The notes under the pieces are model-generated. The model was not told where the DNA came from. It made no database searches and saw only the letters and a program-made list of their open reading frames with translations. A program made the translations under genes and the position numbers. A stretch of 20,000 nt of DNA from an uncultured virus (IMG/VR IMGVR_UViG_3300028498_000018) (taxonomy: Duplodnaviria > Heunggongvirae > Uroviricota > Caudoviricetes), in the IMG/VR virus record IMGVR_UViG_3300028498_000018. One strand, given 5' to 3'. Positions 7,684 to 15,305 of this stretch are shown here, in pieces. Numbering within the stretch: position 1 is the stretch's first letter; each line of letters begins with the position of its first letter.

Positions 7684-7742
7684 AGTTCTGTCCATGTGCC
7701 CGCATCGGGTACATCGGCGGTAATTTTACCGGGCAACGAAAG
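7682..7742 (+). ncRNA. Conserved intergenic RNA hairpin plus RBS tail, copy 3
   Basis: AGAGTT-CTGTCCATGTGCCC-gcatc-GGGTACATCGGCGG-t-AATTTT, followed by ACCGGGCAACGAAAG. Confidence 0.65.
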
Positions 7743-7749
7743 GCTGATC

Positions 7750-7920
7750 ATGTGGACGATATACGATAGAAAAGAGGGCTGTTATGTTGGCAAACCCTAC
7801 GGCAACCGGCGGCGGGCACAGTCTCGCGCTGAACGACTGGACCTGATATATGGGGCCTATCGCTACAACGTGCGGGCACTTACGAAACCCGAAACGAGCG
7901 AGGCAAGCTATGTTGACTGA
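7750..7920 (+). CDS. Small basic hypothetical protein (56 aa)
   Basis: MWTIYDRKEG... follows the GAAAGG RBS of the repeat. Confidence 0.75.
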   Translation: MWTIYDRKEGCYVGKPYGNRRRAQSRAERLDLIYGAYRYNVRALTKPETSEASYVD

Positions 7921-8059
7921 GACGCAACGACGCAAACCCTATGTAAAGCCCATTACATATAACGGCGTGTTAGTCGGTTGGCGCGTATACGTGCGCCATG
8001 CAAATAGCCTGTTTGGCGCATCATTTCTTAAACATATCTGGAAAGAACCAACAAAATGA
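7910..8059 (+). CDS. Hypothetical protein (49 aa)
   Basis: MLTETQRRKP... after GAGG; overlaps both neighbours. Confidence 0.6.
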   Translation: MLTETQRRKPYVKPITYNGVLVGWRVYVRHANSLFGASFLKHIWKEPTK

Positions 8060-8771
8060 AAACCAACAAAGTTCAACAGTGGACCGCAAAACTAAACAGC
8101 GGATTTTTAGATGGCGTATTTTGGACGCCAACGGATACCGCTTCATTGAAGCGAGCAACAAACAATTCAAACCGGACGCTAGAAGTCACGGCGCAAGACA
8201 TAGAGGGCCTGATCGAGGCGGCCAACGAGCTGGACAAACNNNNNNNNNNNNNNNNNNNNNNNNNNNNNNNNNNNNNNNNNNNNNNNNNNNNNNNNNNNNN
8301 NNNNNNNNNNNNNNNNNNNNNNNNNNNNNNNNNNNNNNNGTCACGGCGCAAGACATAGAGGGCCTGATCGAGGCGGCCAACGAGCTGGACAAACCGCTGC
8401 CGGTCAACGGACACCACGAAGACAAAGCGTTCAAATTTTGGCGCGACACCGTTTTAAAACCCGACGGCGGACTGCGTAGGACGGCGGAGGTTAAGAGCCT
8501 CAGCACGGCGGAGCTGAAGGTCATCCTTGCGTATCTTGAGTGGCACGCGGGGAAAAAATACTTGGTTGCCGACGAACAAGTCAATCGCCCGCATCATGCG
8601 TTCAACGGGTTACATGACGCCACCAGCGAAGCGAGATACCGGCATAGCGGAGGGTTAACGCGTGACGTGGTCCCCGTGTGGCGCATGATCGTTCCGGGCG
8701 TGGGTTATCTGGACTATACCTACGGCGGCACGCTGGCGATTCTTCAGGTGGTACTAACCGAAGCAGAATAA
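8056..8771 (+). CDS. Hypothetical protein (~186 aa once the scaffold gap is collapsed)
   Basis: MKTNKVQ...VTAQDIEGLIEAANELDK joins PLPVNGHH...VLTEAE in one frame after removing the 100 N and one copy of the 55-nt overlap. Confidence 0.75.
8240..8339. other. Scaffold gap (100 N) flanked by an identical 55-nt overlap
   Basis: 8185-8239 is identical to 8340-8394, typical of a k=55 assembler join. Confidence 0.9.
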
Positions 8772-8784
8772 TTTTAAGGCTTGC

Positions 8785-8825
8785 GGGTTTTCCCTAATGT
8801 AATTCATTGAGAACCCGCAGACAAT
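8785..8825 (+). promoter_or_regulatory. Putative activator-dependent promoter, copy 3
   Basis: GGGTTTTCCCTA (8785-8796), 23 nt, GACAAT (8820-8825). Confidence 0.7.
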
Positions 8826-8855
8826 AGAGTTATCAACACAAACAGGACAACGATC

Positions 8856-9023
8856 ATGACAACGGAAAGAACGATTCAAGGAGCATGGCGCGTCTCGGAC
8901 GTGATCGACGGCCAGCTCGAAACCCGGCAGTATTTTGGGTACACGAAACGCGAAGCTGTCGAAGCATTTAAGGTGGTCATTGCTGACGCACAATCTAAAA
9001 TCATCAGGGAGCAACGCGCATGA
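8856..9023 (+). CDS. Hypothetical protein (55 aa; not in ORF track)
   Basis: MTTERTIQGAWRVSDVIDGQLETRQYFGYTKREAVEAF... with an AGGA RBS; ATGA overlap with the next gene. Confidence 0.8.
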   Translation: MTTERTIQGAWRVSDVIDGQLETRQYFGYTKREAVEAFKVVIADAQSKIIREQRA

Positions 9024-9316
9024 ACACAACAGAATTCGGCGGACGCGTTGAGTCCGTGTATGACCCTGAACTCCACGACGGAGACCTTGAGAACGTACAT
9101 GCTATTTGTCTGGACTTCGATGGCAGCATCATCGACTCTGATGATGACCTAGAGTTCATGGAGTTCGGCGATTACTTCAGCGTCTTCCTGCACTTGCGCG
9201 ACGGCGGCATGGACTGCGTCGGCAACTTCAAAACCCTGAAGGAAGCGCAAGCTTACCGCGACGGGCACGCAACCAATTACATCAATGGACAACGCAATGA
9301 ACACCAAAATATTTGA
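9020..9316 (+). CDS. Acidic hypothetical protein (98 aa)
   Basis: ATGA-coupled, GGGAG RBS, Asp/Glu-rich. Confidence 0.75.
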   Translation: MNTTEFGGRVESVYDPELHDGDLENVHAICLDFDGSIIDSDDDLEFMEFGDYFSVFLHLRDGGMDCVGNFKTLKEAQAYRDGHATNYINGQRNEHQNI

Positions 9317-9560
9317 CAAGTACGGGCGAATCACCCGGCACGACACGGACCACCAGCTGCTGCGCGACTATGCGCGGGTCAACATTGTAAACACGGTTGA
9401 GATCATAGCCAACGGCACCGGCACCGCGACGGTCGTGGTGGCGTACGCCAACGGGGCAACGGGCACATCCCAGAATCTGACACTGGCAGACGCAAACCAG
9501 TTCTGCGTCGGCCGCAACGGGTTCCCGCACGCAATAGTTCGCGCAGAGGTAACAGTATGA
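9297..9560 (+). CDS. Hypothetical protein (87 aa)
   Basis: MNTKIFDK... after GGA; overlapping chain. Confidence 0.7.
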   Translation: MNTKIFDKYGRITRHDTDHQLLRDYARVNIVNTVEIIANGTGTATVVVAYANGATGTSQNLTLADANQFCVGRNGFPHAIVRAEVTV

Positions 9561-9802
9561 CGAGGGCCCAAAAAATAAACGTGTGGCTCGCTGCCGTTGA
9601 GGCGGTGAACTACACCTCAGTGCCGTACGGCATAAAAATCGCGGTCGCAGTTGATGTTGCCAAGGCGCTTAGGTTTCAAGCGTACCGAGCGCCGCTTGGG
9701 TCTCAAGCAGCGGAGTGTGTCGAACTGTACGCGGTTCGGGGCATTTGCCCGATCAAACGAATTGCGCACACTTCATTTGTCGTAAACCCTTCGAGGAACT
9801 AA
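9557..9802 (+). CDS. Hypothetical protein (81 aa)
   Basis: GAGG RBS; ATGA overlap. Confidence 0.7.
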   Translation: MTRAQKINVWLAAVEAVNYTSVPYGIKIAVAVDVAKALRFQAYRAPLGSQAAECVELYAVRGICPIKRIAHTSFVVNPSRN

Positions 9803-9803
9803 T

Positions 9804-10241
9804 ATGTCAATCAAATTTTTATCGCTCTGGGCGGACGTACCAGAGCAGACCATCGAAGCGGGCCGACGTTTGTCCACACTTGGCCTGCAATGCGATGCCT
9901 TTGGGCACATTAACTATGCCGCGACACCATCACGGCACTATGCCGGGCACTCAGCGGACGGTGGCGGCGTTCAACAGCACTCGTGCGGCGCGGACTATCC
10001 CTATGTGATCGGGCAACGTGAGACGGGCCTAGAAGACGGCACCGTGTACCACTACGTGGTCGGCGGACGCGCAGGAAGCACGCCTAACATCCTCTTCAGC
10101 ACTTTGGAGCGGGCCCGGCAGTTCGTTGGGTTCCTGAAGGCGAGTGACATACTGGACGCACAGGACGCATCAGACCGACGCGCAGGTAAACATATTGCGG
10201 CGGCGATTCAGCTCGCGGCAGTTCGCGCTCTGGGGCACTGA
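9804..10241 (+). CDS. Hypothetical protein (145 aa)
   Basis: GAGGA RBS; starts 1 nt after the previous stop. Confidence 0.75.
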   Translation: MSIKFLSLWADVPEQTIEAGRRLSTLGLQCDAFGHINYAATPSRHYAGHSADGGGVQQHSCGADYPYVIGQRETGLEDGTVYHYVVGGRAGSTPNILFSTLERARQFVGFLKASDILDAQDASDRRAGKHIAAAIQLAAVRALGH

Positions 10242-10242
10242 G

Positions 10243-10461
10243 GTGATCAAAGCAATAACCGCATACATCACAGAAGACGAGCATATTTTCTCTACTCATA
10301 AGGAGGCAGAGGAGCACGAGACTGAGATGGCGGACGTGTCACTGCGAGACGCCATCACTTCTTTTTTGTCGGCCAACTACCGCGAAGGGAGCTTGGATTT
10401 TGACGGGTTCATCGACAACCTTACCGACGCCTACATAATCACACTAAAGGAACCAACATGA
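10243..10461 (+). CDS. Acidic hypothetical protein (~72 aa)
   Basis: GTG start just after the previous stop (VIKAITAYITEDEHIF...). Confidence 0.65.
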   Translation: MIKAITAYITEDEHIFSTHKEAEEHETEMADVSLRDAITSFLSANYREGSLDFDGFIDNLTDAYIITLKEPT

Positions 10462-10781
10462 ACACGTACATGGTCCAGTACCAATTGCCATACACCCACA
10501 TTGTGACTGTGGGTGTGGTGGCGGCTAACGAGCAGGAGGCATGTGCTAAAGCGCGGGTCGCGTTCGAAGAGGGCACTATCTGGAACAACACCGAGGAGAT
10601 GCCTCTTCTGCAAGACTGCTACGAGGAGAGTTCGGAGTCGGACGTGCTCGAATTCAGCGCCATTGCCGTGCCGTCTGAGATGCTGGGGATCGCATCGGGC
10701 ACACGCGTGGAGTCACAAGAGGTACACAACAGCTACATCGACATAGCCAACGAGACATGGACGAAGGAAGAACAAACATGA
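10458..10781 (+). CDS. Acidic hypothetical protein (107 aa)
   Basis: AAGGA RBS; ATGA overlap. Confidence 0.75.
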   Translation: MNTYMVQYQLPYTHIVTVGVVAANEQEACAKARVAFEEGTIWNNTEEMPLLQDCYEESSESDVLEFSAIAVPSEMLGIASGTRVESQEVHNSYIDIANETWTKEEQT

Positions 10782-11062
10782 TTGAGAAAACTTACACCGT
10801 TAGCGGAACCGTAGCGGGTCAACACTCGAAGACGGGCGAAGTTGTCTATTGGGAGCGCGAAGTCTATGCTCGTAATGGCACGTCGTGCGCAGTCAAGAGC
10901 TATATCAACCAGAACCTGCACATCATTGCGTCTTTCCCAACGCGCAAAGACGCAGAACGCTTCGAGAGGTTTCGTGAGGACGCCACTTCGCCCGTGCTTT
11001 ATGAACGGCCAGCGGACCAACCAGCTGACTCTCAAGTAGACCCCTACCTTCAGACGAGATAG
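10778..11062 (+). CDS. Hypothetical protein (94 aa)
   Basis: MIEKTYTV...; ATGA overlap. Confidence 0.7.
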   Translation: MIEKTYTVSGTVAGQHSKTGEVVYWEREVYARNGTSCAVKSYINQNLHIIASFPTRKDAERFERFREDATSPVLYERPADQPADSQVDPYLQTR

Positions 11063-11066
11063 TGCC

Positions 11067-11324
11067 ATGCCTGTGCTCAGGTACGTTGACGACCTGTTCC
11101 GCATAGTACGCGACGAGCTGGGGCGGCCTATAGAAGTGCGTCCGCCCGGCGGCCGACTCATCCATCTTTCATACACGAAGATGGGTTATGTTCGGGTATA
11201 CAAACTACCCCAACAAAATATTTACAACTTGTCTATTGACAACCTTGCAGAACACGAATACATTGAGAACCTGGGCAACAAGCCCAATCAACACTACGGA
11301 GATACAAATGCGCGGCAGTCCTGA
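11067..11324 (+). CDS. Hypothetical protein (85 aa)
   Basis: Fills the gap in the co-directional chain. Confidence 0.6.
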   Translation: MPVLRYVDDLFRIVRDELGRPIEVRPPGGRLIHLSYTKMGYVRVYKLPQQNIYNLSIDNLAEHEYIENLGNKPNQHYGDTNARQS

Positions 11325-11520
11325 ATACGACCGAAAGTCATACCCTTACCGAGTTGACAACACGAACGGTTTTGCGTTTGATGTTATCGACCAACGCACC
11401 CGTCAGAAAGTATTCTCTGGTGGGACAGGCGCTGCACCCGGCAGCGCTATCGAGTATGCCAACGAGCACAACACCGCCTACTGGGGTCGGGTTGATGCTG
11501 GACAGGTTAGCACCGACTAA
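11308..11520 (+). CDS. Hypothetical protein (70 aa)
   Basis: GGAG RBS before MRGSPEYDRK. Confidence 0.7.
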   Translation: MRGSPEYDRKSYPYRVDNTNGFAFDVIDQRTRQKVFSGGTGAAPGSAIEYANEHNTAYWGRVDAGQVSTD

Positions 11521-11527
11521 ATTTACC

Positions 11528-11551
11528 GGGCACTGCGGTGCCCTTTCTTTT
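11528..11551 (+). terminator. Rho-independent terminator
   Basis: GGGCAC-tgcg-GTGCCC followed by TTTCTTTT, 7 nt after a stop codon. Confidence 0.75.
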
Positions 11552-11566
11552 CTCATAAAGGCCATT

Positions 11567-11761
11567 ATGAAAATATATCTCAGCACGGGCGAAGCCATTG
11601 ACAACGGGCGCATCGCCCGCTCTACCCAAGAACACGAGGGCTGGTATTCTGGCAAACTCGTAGTGGACCGGGAGGAGCCCAAATTCCCTTGGTGGGTCTC
11701 CAGCGCTGCTGTGATCCTTCTCTGCATCTCGGTGATCCTCCTCTGCACGGGGGCGAAGTGA
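11567..11761 (+). CDS. Small protein with C-terminal membrane anchor (64 aa)
   Basis: AAAGG RBS; hydrophobic tail FPWWVSSAAVILLCISVILLC. Confidence 0.7.
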   Translation: MKIYLSTGEAIDNGRIARSTQEHEGWYSGKLVVDREEPKFPWWVSSAAVILLCISVILLCTGAK

Positions 11762-12390
11762 GCGCGCTAGTCAGGCACCAGCACTACGGCCTAGTCCTAG
11801 AACGGGCTCGCCAACTCGTGTCAGGTGAAACTGCTGCCGGGTGGTGGCGGTGGGAGTACAAGACACCCGTTGGCAAGCAGGGCTGCCACTGGATGGAGAC
11901 TGAATTTCCGGCATTCGACTCGTGGGTATACCGATGCACTGCGACCGACAAACACCCGGACTACGAGTCCATGAATCCCAAGCTGAAGCTGGAGCTTCGG
12001 CTGATTGACATGAGCAAACTCCCTCCCGGGTCAGAGGTTAGAGTGCAGTATGGGGAGGACGACACCCCAACACGGTTCAAGGTGCTGTCAGCAGGGGCCA
12101 TCAACCTGACTATTTTGAGCCACAACCTCCTCCGGGTCGAAGTGTGGCCCAAGGGCTACCTACGCCTCATGGAGCAGAACGAGTTTACTTTCTGGAGTGG
12201 ATGTGCGTGCCCCGTGCCGGAGGGTGTAGAGGTCGAAGCGATAGTACGAGCAGGCACTAGCAGTAGGTTTCATGGAGCACGCAGCGGGTACTGGCACCAC
12301 GGTGGCAACCCTGACAACAACAACATCATCGGCTACCGCATCATAGGTGCGGCTGATGGCTGGACAGATGACCCGGAGAAAGCGAAATGA
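11758..12390 (+). CDS. Hypothetical protein, paralog A (~210 aa)
   Basis: GTGA overlap start; C-terminal WSGCACPVP...WHH...IIGYRI phage domain. Confidence 0.8.
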   Translation: MSALVRHQHYGLVLERARQLVSGETAAGWWRWEYKTPVGKQGCHWMETEFPAFDSWVYRCTATDKHPDYESMNPKLKLELRLIDMSKLPPGSEVRVQYGEDDTPTRFKVLSAGAINLTILSHNLLRVEVWPKGYLRLMEQNEFTFWSGCACPVPEGVEVEAIVRAGTSSRFHGARSGYWHHGGNPDNNNIIGYRIIGAADGWTDDPEKAK

Positions 12391-12989
12391 ACACACTGAC
12401 GCAGCACAAACACCACGACCTAATCATAGAGCGCGCTCGTCAAGATGCCAGCGGGGAGACTGCTGCTGGGTGGTGGAAATGGGACGTTCGGCTAAAAAAA
12501 CAGCCCCAGTATCTGCCGCTCGCAGCAGATTACCCGGCGTGGCACGCCAACAGTGACTACCAGTACCGCATGACACCCGCCCACCCGTATTACGAGGCAC
12601 CGAAGCCCAAGCTGATTAACATGAGCAAGTTGCCGAAGGGTAGCGTTGTGTTAGGAGACTACGGCGCGCACGCGGTTGTAGTTAAATGCAACCCCGGCAC
12701 AGAGTACACATGGGTACTGGACGGCGCATTGATCCCATCAAACGTTAAGAGTGGCGACCTGCGCATCGCCGAGCAGAAAGACTTTACTTACTGGGGCGGC
12801 GGCGAGTGCCCTGTGCCGGACGGTGTGAATGTGCAGGTGGTGTTCCGAAGTGGGCAGACGCTGGCGTTCACAAACCCTACTGTGCAGACGTGGGCACACG
12901 CAGCACAACACAAAATCATAGATGTTATCGGTTACCGCATCATAGGCGCGGCTGATGGCTGGACAGATGACCCGGAGCAAGCAAAATGA
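12387..12989 (+). CDS. Hypothetical protein, paralog B (200 aa)
   Basis: Colinear with paralog A (ERARQxxSGETAAGWW, LIxMSKLP, WGGGECPVP, IGYRIIGAADGWTDDPE). Confidence 0.85.
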   Translation: MNTLTQHKHHDLIIERARQDASGETAAGWWKWDVRLKKQPQYLPLAADYPAWHANSDYQYRMTPAHPYYEAPKPKLINMSKLPKGSVVLGDYGAHAVVVKCNPGTEYTWVLDGALIPSNVKSGDLRIAEQKDFTYWGGGECPVPDGVNVQVVFRSGQTLAFTNPTVQTWAHAAQHKIIDVIGYRIIGAADGWTDDPEQAK

Positions 12990-13210
12990 AGATCGAAGTA
13001 AACGAGTACCTAGTTATTTTTGGGCTAGTGTCATTCACTCTGGGGCTGGTGGCCCCGGCAATAAGCGTACTGTGTGTGGCCTTTCTCGGGTGTCCAACAA
13101 CGCACCGAGTAGTGCGATGGGCTGATGGAGTCGGTGTCGTGGGCTTTATCGGGGTAGGGTTGACATTCCTCCTTAGCCTCTGGACATATGTCTTGAGGGG
13201 GCTAGTATGA
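12986..13210 (+). CDS. Two-TM membrane protein (74 aa)
   Basis: Two hydrophobic segments; ATGA overlaps on both sides. Confidence 0.7.
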   Translation: MKIEVNEYLVIFGLVSFTLGLVAPAISVLCVAFLGCPTTHRVVRWADGVGVVGFIGVGLTFLLSLWTYVLRGLV

Positions 13211-13551
13211 CATACGCTAGCGCTTACCCCAACGGTTCAACTCGCGAGACCATGAAGAACGACAGCGACGGCAAGGTCCACGGAGACTGGTGCCAGTTCT
13301 ACCCCAACGGCACTCCGAAGATGACGGCCAGCTACCAGCACGGCGTGCTTCATGGGGATGTCAGTCATTACCGCGAAGACGGCAGGCTTGAGCGAACCGC
13401 CACGTATCAGGACGGCGTTCAGGTGTATGCAGCTGGGGCCGACGAGCAGATGCTGATCAACATCGACAGCCACTCTTCGCGTTACCCCGGTGAGTTCCCT
13501 AATTACCTGGCAGGACTACAAAACCCCAAGGAACTAGATGGCCTCAAATAA
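13207..13551 (+). CDS. MORN-variant repeat protein (YwqK antitoxin-like, 114 aa)
   Basis: Repeats YPNGSTRE / GKVHGDWCQFYPNGTPK / YQHGVLHGDVSHYREDGRLE / YQDG. Confidence 0.8.
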   Translation: MTYASAYPNGSTRETMKNDSDGKVHGDWCQFYPNGTPKMTASYQHGVLHGDVSHYREDGRLERTATYQDGVQVYAAGADEQMLINIDSHSSRYPGEFPNYLAGLQNPKELDGLK

Positions 13552-14425
13552 ACTACGGGCTCTGCCGGGCGTCAAGCGCGGCGCGGACTTCATTCTGGCC
13601 CCACTGGCTCTCATCGAGCCCGATGACGGCTGGAACGTACGCCACGAGGACGACGACCTTCAGGCCCACATCAAGCGCATCGCCGAATCAATCCTCAACG
13701 GCGGGACAGTACCACCTCTACAGGTGTACGAACGAAACGGCAAATTGATATTGGTCGACGGCCACTGCCGCACCCGGGCGTACCAGATAGCTAAAGAAAA
13801 CGGCGCGGACATTGACTTAGTGCCCATCATTGAGTTTGTGGGCGACGACGCGGACCGCCTGTCGTTCATGTTCACCAGCTCGCAAGGCAAGGCGCTCACC
13901 CCCTACGAGCAGTCAGTGGTGTTCAAGCGGCTGCAAAAGTTCAATTGGACCACGGCCGCTATCGCGCTGCGGGTGGGGCGTTCTGTCAAGTTCGTCAACG
14001 ATATGCTCAAGCTCGCCAACTCTGACACCGAGGTCAAAGAGCTTGTGGCCTCGGGCCAAGTGGCCGTCACGGCTGCGGTCAAGGTTGTCAAGGAGGCCGG
14101 GGCAGGCGCAGCAGCAGAGCTACGCGAGAAGATTAAGAAGGTCAACGCTAACGTGAAGGAAGGCGAGAAGCCTATCCGCGTGACCGACAGGCACGTCGAC
14201 ACGCCCGGCATATCGAAGTCCCTGCAACTCAGGGTCATCGAAATGTTTGACAACCTGCCGAGCCTAGTTGGCGAAGAGGTGTATGCGCTGGCGCTGCCTA
14301 ACGTTGGGGCGAATGCGAACCAGCTCGACGAGGCCGACATCGACGTGAGCCTGTTTGCTATCGTGCAGCTCATCCAGATGCAAATAGAAATTAACCGCGA
14401 ACGAGAGGATCGAATCAATGGCTAA
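13538..14425 (+). CDS. ParB/Srx N-terminal domain protein with HTH (295 aa)
   Basis: IAESILNGGTVPPLQV...LVDGHCRTRAY (ParB box-like), LTPYEQ and the HTH TTAAIALRVGRSVKFVNDMLKL. Confidence 0.85.
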   Translation: MASNKLRALPGVKRGADFILAPLALIEPDDGWNVRHEDDDLQAHIKRIAESILNGGTVPPLQVYERNGKLILVDGHCRTRAYQIAKENGADIDLVPIIEFVGDDADRLSFMFTSSQGKALTPYEQSVVFKRLQKFNWTTAAIALRVGRSVKFVNDMLKLANSDTEVKELVASGQVAVTAAVKVVKEAGAGAAAELREKIKKVNANVKEGEKPIRVTDRHVDTPGISKSLQLRVIEMFDNLPSLVGEEVYALALPNVGANANQLDEADIDVSLFAIVQLIQMQIEINREREDRING

Positions 14426-14705
14426 GGCATTAACCAGCTCCAGAAACGGAGCGAATCACCCGGCTGCAAAGCTGTCATCCGCCAAGCTACGGGACGTTGA
14501 CGCGATGCTGGAGTTTGGCGAACACTCGCAGGCAGACATCGCCCGCAAGATGGGGGTCACGGCAGCAGTCATCACCCGCTACGCACGCGGCCAATCCTAT
14601 AAGGACGCAGTCAAGCTACCACCCACTGAGGCCACGTTGAAACGGCGGGCGTCGATGGTGAAGCGGAAGCTCAAAGAGGCGCTGGGCCAAGGGAAAAAGA
14701 AATGA
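14418..14705 (+). CDS. HTH DNA-binding protein (95 aa)
   Basis: NGANHPAAKLS followed by the HTH SQADIARKMGVTAAVITRYARG. Confidence 0.8.
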   Translation: MAKALTSSRNGANHPAAKLSSAKLRDVDAMLEFGEHSQADIARKMGVTAAVITRYARGQSYKDAVKLPPTEATLKRRASMVKRKLKEALGQGKKK

Positions 14706-14869
14706 AATACTTCGCTGCAACGCTTTCATTCCTGACCGCGCTCGCTCTCATCTATTTTATGAGCGGCAGCGTAGCTCGTGCGGGGGTATTGATGCACCTG
14801 CCATTCGTTTTGAGCGGGTTCTTTGCTGGGCTGCTTAGCGTGTTTATTATTGAGTGGGGCGGCGAATGA
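14702..14869 (+). CDS. Two-TM membrane protein (55 aa; not in ORF track)
   Basis: MKYFAATLSFLTALALIYFMSGSVARAGVLMHLPFVLSGFFAGLLSVFIIEWGGE; ATGA overlaps on both sides. Confidence 0.7.
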   Translation: MKYFAATLSFLTALALIYFMSGSVARAGVLMHLPFVLSGFFAGLLSVFIIEWGGE

Positions 14870-15048
14870 CTAGCCAGCAAGCAATTGATGCACAGTACGC
14901 GGTCCGAGCAGCCATCGAGTTCGGCGAAGCAATAGCCATAGCAGGCGGGATGCCGTTGCTCACGTACGGGCGCGACATATCTCTGATCGAACTGTTCGAT
15001 CTGATGGGACGCAACAACATTCACTTTGTACACAAGGACACACTATGA
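14866..15048 (+). CDS. Hypothetical protein (60 aa)
   Basis: MTSQQAID...; ATGA overlaps. Confidence 0.7.
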   Translation: MTSQQAIDAQYAVRAAIEFGEAIAIAGGMPLLTYGRDISLIELFDLMGRNNIHFVHKDTL

Positions 15049-15305
15049 GCGGCTTTAAGAAATTCTTCGGTGGCTTCGGCCGTCTGATTGTTGCGATGAC
15101 AACCGCGACGAACTACAACGACAAGATTACGGGGATCAGTCGGACCATTCGCGCATGGGGCAAGACGCTTCGCGTCCGGCCTGATGACTGGTACGCAATC
15201 GAGCGCAATAAATACGCGCCTTGGGGTCGTGGCCGTCTGGGTGGGCGTGACCTTAGCGAGCAGGGCGGCAACCGCGTCAAGCCCGCAAGTCGTGAGTACG
15301 CATGA
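15045..15305 (+). CDS. Basic hypothetical protein (86 aa)
   Basis: AAGGA RBS; ATGA overlaps. Confidence 0.7.
   Translation: MSGFKKFFGGFGRLIVAMTTATNYNDKITGISRTIRAWGKTLRVRPDDWYAIERNKYAPWGRGRLGGRDLSEQGGNRVKPASREYA

Noticed and set aside
5687..7742. Hairpins as integron attC sites
   Set aside because: No RYYYAAC/GTTRRRY core pair at the stem ends and no integrase in the window. G-U-rich pairing fits RNA better.
8185..8394. Perfect 55-nt direct repeat around the N run, with an apparent frameshift or split gene
   Set aside because: Exactly 100 N with an exact 55-nt overlap is an assembler scaffolding signature; collapsing it restores one ORF.
11518..11533. TAAATTTACCGGGCA resembling the tail of hairpin copy 3, as a possible fourth copy
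   Set aside because: The upstream stem does not match the conserved architecture, and the sequence is explained by the terminator stem.
11758..12989. Paralog 3' repeats as a DGR template/variable region pair
   Set aside because: Mismatches are not adenine-specific (C/T, T/C, A/C, G/A), both copies are coding, and no reverse transcriptase is present.
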